In this document: positions 22,264-27,834 of the stretch, one piece after another
How the letters are laid out: each line of letters starts with the position of its first letter
Numbering within the stretch: the first letter of the stretch is position 1
Source of the DNA: Mantamonas sphyraenae STR306
Lineage: Eukaryota; Protista; CRuMs
Direction: 5' to 3'
Assembly (NCBI GenBank): GCA_026936335.1
Contig: JAPMXV010000065.1
Coordinates: forward strand, 1-27,834
DNA length: 27,834 nt
Made by a program: the position numbers and the translations under genes
The notes under the pieces: generated by a model
Database searches by the model: none
What the model was told of the DNA's origin: nothing
The model's input: only the letters and a program-made list of their open reading frames with translations

Positions 22264-23990
22264 ATGGATCTGGAGGAGCTGCTGAGCGGCATTGACGACG
22301 ATGAAGACGGGGACATTGACGAGCAGGCACGCATGCAGTTCCTAAGCGACGTGGTGACGGGCCAGGACAGTGACGAGGAAGCGGTGGAGACGGTCGAGGA
22401 GGAGCCGGCCGACTTGTCGTGGCTCAACGAAGACAAAGTCGGGGCGTCGCCCGTGGTGGCGGCGGTGGACCAACAAGAGGAGGTCACAGAAGCGGAGGAG
22501 GCCGTGGTGGGCGAGGGTGTGGCCGTACCAGTGGAAGTGGAGTGGAGGTGGAGGTGGTGGAGGAGGAGAAGGAGGAGGAGCTGGAAGAGGAGGACAACTC
22601 CCCTGAAGTAGCGACAGATTCTGACGTGAAGGAGGTGAATGAGGTGGAGGTGGCACCCATGTTGCAGCCATTGTATAACCAAGTGATTGCAGCAAGTAGG
22701 GCGTGGGAGGCTGAGCAAGCGAAACAGGAGGAGGCGGCGAGAGAGCTCAAGGAGGAGGCACGGGAGCTGGTTGCGGCAAACGAGGCCTTGCGGAAGCAAT
22801 TGGAAGAGGCAGAGGCGGAGGCGGAGGGAGCGAGGAGAAGGACACAGGAGGTGCAGGATACACTGAACGAGACACGGTGGTGTCTTCTTCAGGCGATGTA
22901 CGAGGCGCCGCTGGAGGTGAAGGCGGTCATTCAGAGCTTCCCGTCAGACTCGCTGGTGAGCAGCCCAAGCAAGGCCAAGGAGAGCAAACTGAAAAAGATG
23001 CTGTCGCGACGAGAGTCGAGTTCTGCGTTGTCCAACATGACAGAGGCGCGCAGCATGCTTCGAGACTACGAGGTGCGTCTGGTGGAAGCGGAGACACAGC
23101 TGAAAACACAGCAGGAAACGATCCAGGACCTGGAACTGCGCTGCGAGACGCTTCAATCGACGGCAGAAATCAACGAACAGGCCAAAGAGTTTATGGATGG
23201 GGAGACGAGCAGGCTTCAGGAGCTGTTGACGCAAACGGAGTCGCAGCGGGAGGAGCTGGAGCGGCGTGCCACGGATCTGCAGGATGCGTTGAACGTGATG
23301 CAGGTTCGTGTGGACAGGCTGGAGCAGGAAAAAGCGACGGTGGTGGAGGAAAGTGTGGACAGACTGGAGTCGACGTCAGCCGAGGCCGAGGCGGCATTGG
23401 AAAAGGTGCAGGCGGAGCTTGCCACGCAGCAGGAGCAGCATGCAAGGGAAACACGGGAACTGAAGGCGCTGACGGAGAAGCAAGGCGCAGCGCTGACAAA
23501 GCTAAAGGGCAAGTTTGACGCGCTGAAGGATCTGTCGCGCAAGTTGGTGGCGGAGAAGGAAGCGGAGAAGGAACAACGAGAGACTCTGGAGTTTGCGCTG
23601 AAGGAGCTGCGTGGCGAGCACCGTGTGCAGGAAGAGAGCACGGAGCAGGCAAACAAGGTGGAGCAGCAGCGAAAGAGGGAACGGTACAGACTGCTGAATG
23701 CAGTGGAGGATCTGGTGAGCAAGTTGGAAGAGACGGAGGAACACCCGGAGCTGGGCAGCTTGGAGGACAGCAGCGACGTGATGAATGTGGTGGTGAAGTG
23801 CACGGCGACCATTGACGGCGTGATGCGAGATGCGCAGCAGATCGACGAGAGCGACGACCTGGATTTTCGGGCCGAGTTTGCCGACATCCGAGAGCAGTTT
23901 GTGTCAAGACTGCTGTGTGAGGGAGGCCTGCGCAAAAAGGTGATTGACCTGCAGATGCAACTGTACGAATTGCAGCGTGCGTTGCAATGA
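22264..23990 (+). CDS. Uncharacterised acidic N-terminus/long coiled-coil protein
   Basis: ATG at 22264 (MDLEELLSGIDD) joins the Glu/Leu/Lys-rich heptad ORF ending at 23990 across an apparent 1-nt break at about 22542. Confidence 0.75.
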
Positions 23991-24074
23991 GCAATGAAGC
24001 ACTTTATGCAAAAGTTGTGGTTGATGGTTGTTTTCTTCATTCTTCACTCCTTCCTTCAAGCAGCGAGGGCCAAA

Positions 24075-25335
24075 TTACTGAGGGCCCTGCTTGCCCTGGG
24101 GCTGCTGCTGCTGCTGGGGCTGCTGCTGCTCACGGGGCTTGTCAAACGACTGGCCGTAGGGCTGGTCGATGACGGGCTCGTCCTTGGGCTCGTGGACAAC
24201 AATGGTGTCCGGGATGGGCTTGCTGGGGCCCTGCTTGCCAGTCGGGTCGTGGGGCAGCATGATGCTGACCTTGACACCGAGCACACCCTGGCGCATCATG
24301 ATGTTGCGGATGGCGGTATCGATGTACAGCTGGGCGGGGTGACCGCTCTTGATCATGTAACCGTCCTCAAACTTCATGACCTTGGCACGCTGGGCACGCA
24401 GCTTACCAGTCACAATGACCTCGCAACCCTTGGCGCCAGACTCCATCACGAAGCGCAGCACACCGTAGGCAGCACGGCGCACGGGCAGGCCGCTAATCAG
24501 CTTGAACTTCAGCGACTCGCACTGGGCGATGGCGCACAGACCGCGGTTGGCCACCTTCTCGGCGTACAGCTCGACGGTGCCTGCAGTGTGTGTAGGTGTG
24601 TGAGTGTGTGTGTGTGTTGGGGGGGGGGAAAGGAGCGCAAAAAGGGGCGACGGCACACATGCGATTTTTTGTGTGTGCGAGGTCAGGGAGGACGTACCGT
24701 CAGCGAAGCCGAAACGCTTCTGGATAGCAGAGGAGAGCTCGCGGATGCGGCGGCCCTTCTCGCCCAGGACGTTCTGGGGCTTGGTGGCACGGATGATGAT
24801 CTCGGTGCGGTGCGGGGTCAGGCGAATGCCAAGTCCCGAATAGCCCTCCTCGGCCAGCTCGCGGGTCAGGAACTCGTTGAGCTCGGCGCGGAAGACGCCG
24901 TCGGCGACAAACTGTGCAGGAGAAGACGGGTGGGAGGAGAGACAGCAGGGTGCCATCGTGTGTGTGTGTGTGTGAGACGCGTGGCGAGGCGGCGAGCAGC
25001 ATGCAAAAATGTGGGGCGGTGAAAAAATGCACGGCCACAAGCGGGTTTCGGCTCACACGGTCCGTCAGAGATAAAATTCAACCAAGCCGGCAAGGGTATT
25101 CTCAGCTCACGCCAGAAGACGCGATCGACAGCGCGGATAAAACAAAATCATCATCATTCGAAGGAGCGGTGAGGGCAAAGAGGCGCATGCGCTCGATCGC
25201 GCGATGGGCCACACCGTGTGCCTCGTGCGCGCAGAGAGAGGGGGAGGGGGGAAGGAGTGGGCACAGGGCACACATGTGCATGCGTGCACAACATACCTTG
25301 CGCTTCTTGGAGATGGACTTCTTGGCGGTCGACAT
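24075..25335 (-). CDS. RPS3: 40S ribosomal protein S3 (uS3)
   Basis: Exons 25335-25297 ([13 protein letters not shown]), 24911-24698 ([15 protein letters not shown]...) and 24580-24075 ([19 protein letters not shown]...). Confidence 0.97.
25061..25162 (-). ncRNA. Box C/D snoRNA in RPS3 intron 1
   Basis: Box C ATGATGA (25157-25151), D' CTGA (25105-25102), box D CTGA (25068-25065), terminal stem TTCG/CGGA. The D-adjacent GCTTGGTTGAATTT is complementary to the conserved LSU rRNA segment AAATTCAACCAAGC. Confidence 0.8.
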
Positions 25336-25526
25336 TCTTCTCTGTGGTTGGGTTGTTCGGATGGTTGGGACGGCGCCAGGCGAAAGGCAACCGATTCGAC
25401 GGTGGGTTGGGTGCACAGAGTGTGAGGGGAAGTGACATCTGGGATGTTGATGTGTGTGTCGGGGGTTTGGACGATGGAGTGGATTGTTAATGTTGTTGTT
25501 TGGGCTGCGAAGAGTCAGCCAACACG

Positions 25527-27411
25527 ATGGAGGACTTTGTGGCGCTGGGCACGGGCTCGCGCAAGCGCAAACCATCGCGGATGTACACTCTACATGACGA
25601 GGAGGAGGAGCAGGCGCTGACGATGGCATTGTTTGGAGGGGAACAGACAAGCGGGGCCGATCTGGAAGCGCTGGATGAAGAGGAGGCGTGGGTGGAGGCA
25701 GCCGAAGCTGCGGCAGAGGAAAGCTCGTCGTCGGCGGACGAAGACTCTGCGGACGACGACGAGGAGACGGAGGTGGACGACAACGCCCTCTTCTTTGAAG
25801 CCAGAGAGGGAATGGATAGCGAGGATGAGGCGGATGAGGAGGATGATGAGGACGCGCTGCGGCGAAGGCGGATGGCTGCACTGCAGGAAAAGTTCGCGCT
25901 GGTGCCGGCCTGGACGGATTCGGACGATGCCCACACGCAAGTGTCGCTGCAGAGCCAGAGCAAACGGCGCAAGCTGCGCCACGCAGAGGAGGAGGACACA
26001 GTGAGCGGTGAAGTGTACCAACGCAGGCTGAAGGAACAGTAGGTTACGTGTTGCGAAATGGGGAGTGGTGGCGGGGACAAAGTCGACCACGCATGCGTGG
26101 CACTCAAACCCACCCTACCCCCCACCCACCCCCACCCCACATGCACTGACACGTTTGCCACCCTGCACACTTGTCAGGTTCGAACGCTTCAACTCCACCC
26201 CGGAATGGGCCAAGCTGCCCTCGGAACGAGCATACGAAGCGGCACTGAAACGCGAGGCGCTGGGCGAGAACGGATCGTCGTCGTCGTCCTCGTCGTCCTC
26301 GTCGTCAGGACTGGGGCCTTCAGGTATGCAGAGCATTGCAGTGAAAACGTCGAGTGCGCTGCAGTCTGTACTTGCGTCGAGTCAGCGACTGCTGTCGGGG
26401 TTGGGTGGCAAGCGTGCCAAGCTTCGGGATGGACGGATCCGTGCGACACGGGTCAAGGATGGCAATGCGGCGGAGAGGAATGAGAGTGTGGTGACACAGG
26501 TACGATTCCATCCCAATGGCCAAGTGCTGATGACAGCAGGCATGGACAAGCGTGTGCGACTGTTCCACACCGATGGCAAACACAGCACCAAGCTGCAATC
26601 GCTGTACTTTACAGACATGCCTGTGTACAGTGCCCTCTTCTGCGCCGACGGGCGTGAGATTGTCGTCACAGGCAGGCGCAAGCACTTTTACACTTTCGAC
26701 ATGGTGGCCGGGAAGATCCTGCGCGTGCCCGGGATCATTGGACGCAGGGAAAAGTCGTTGGAGAGTGCCAACGTGTCACCCGACGGCACCCTGTTGTCCT
26801 TTCTGGGCAAGAACGGCGCAGTTATTCTGGTGAGCCAAAAGACCAAGCAGTGGGTGGACACGCTGCAGATCACGGGGGATGTGACCTGCGCCGAGTTTAG
26901 CCCCGATTCGCGCTATCTGTACGTCAGTGGCAAGCCAGCCAACGTCAACGTGTGGGATCTGCGTCAAAGGCGCGTTCTGTATTCACATGAGGACAACGGC
27001 GCTCTGCAGGTCAACCGATTGGCCATGAGCCCCGGCAGCGAAAAGTACTATGCCACAGGCAGCGACGACGGCGTCGTCAACGTTTACACACGCAACGAAC
27101 GTGGCGACAGCAGCGACGAAACGGAGCGAGGAGTGCCCGTGCACTCCTTTATGAACCTCACCACGGGTGTGTCCGACGTTCTGTTCAACCACGACGGCCA
27201 ACTGCTGGCCATGGCCAGCAAGGACACAAAGGCTGGCCTGCGCCTTGTGCACACAGGCACCATGAGTGTCTACGAGAACTTTCCAGCCGTCAATGTGCCG
27301 TGTGGGTATGTGACCAGCATGGCCTTTTCACCGACGTCTTCGTACCTGGCCCTTGGCAACGACAAGGGACGAGTCATCACACTCAGGCTGGAAGCCTTTG
27401 CAGGGAATTGA
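25527..27411 (+). CDS. UTP18: U3 snoRNP-associated WD40 protein UTP18
   Basis: Exons 25527-26038 and 26178-27411 (intron GTAGGT...ACTGAC...TCAG). Motifs PAWTDSDD, YQRRLKEQF, PEWA, FHPNGQ, NLTT, FNHDGQLLAMAS, GNDKG. Confidence 0.93.
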
Positions 27412-27834
27412 GGGGAATGGCAATGGAAGCAGTGTTGTTGGAGGTGGTCGAAGAGAAAGCTGTTGAGGCGTCGACGTCGTGTCCGGGTTGCGCTTCCGTG
27501 CACAAAGGCACAAAGGATTCGGTGTAAGCGTTGGTGTGTACATAAGGCATGGACGAGGGTAAGTAGGCCGCCTGAGGATGTCGTGCGTGGTCGGAAAACA
27601 CATCCACGGGGCCGCAAAGGCGCGGGTGGTCACAGGCCCGCGTGGCAAGCAAAGAGAGATGAATGCCACGTCATGGCTTTCCTGTGGGGTGTCCATGACG
27701 TGTGTGGAATGGCGTCTGGGGTGTTTTTGGGGTCTGTACAATGCGCAGTGGCGAGCGAGGCGGTCGGAGCAAGAAGTGCAGGCGAAAATTGCCCAAGGTG
27801 CCAAAAATGACCCGTCCGGAGCAAGATCGGCTGC

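Noticed and set aside
27412-27834. Short ORFs and a GTAAGT donor (about 27559) after UTP18
   Set aside because: No recognisable protein, and the region is truncated by the window edge, so no gene model can be supported.

Overview
This is a gene-dense nuclear genome segment from an unidentified microbial eukaryote, with GT-AG introns of about 110-390 nt and CA/TG microsatellites. It opens with an intronless core-histone quartet in two divergent pairs (H3/H4 and H2A/H2B). After it come a kelch-repeat protein, CMS1, a tandem GATase-like-domain protein, mitoferrin, an RLIG1/C12orf29-type RNA ligase, a tail-anchored KASH-like protein, TRAP-gamma, a large repeat/coiled-coil protein, a macro-domain protein, CXXC1/Spp1, a bacterial-type hexapeptide acetyltransferase, a coiled-coil protein, RPS3 with an intronic C/D snoRNA, and UTP18. 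The strongest novel signal is a near-identical three-part element downstream of all four histone genes: a TGGCATT-N11/12-AATGCCA hairpin, then YTCTTTTCTAARGAGGAAAA, then GATAAA. It suggests a non-canonical histone mRNA 3'-end processing system. Other points of interest are H4 K20R, five same-direction (-1) frame breaks that are probably long-read errors, and horizontal-transfer candidates. Family assignments come from motif recognition from memory, not database searches.
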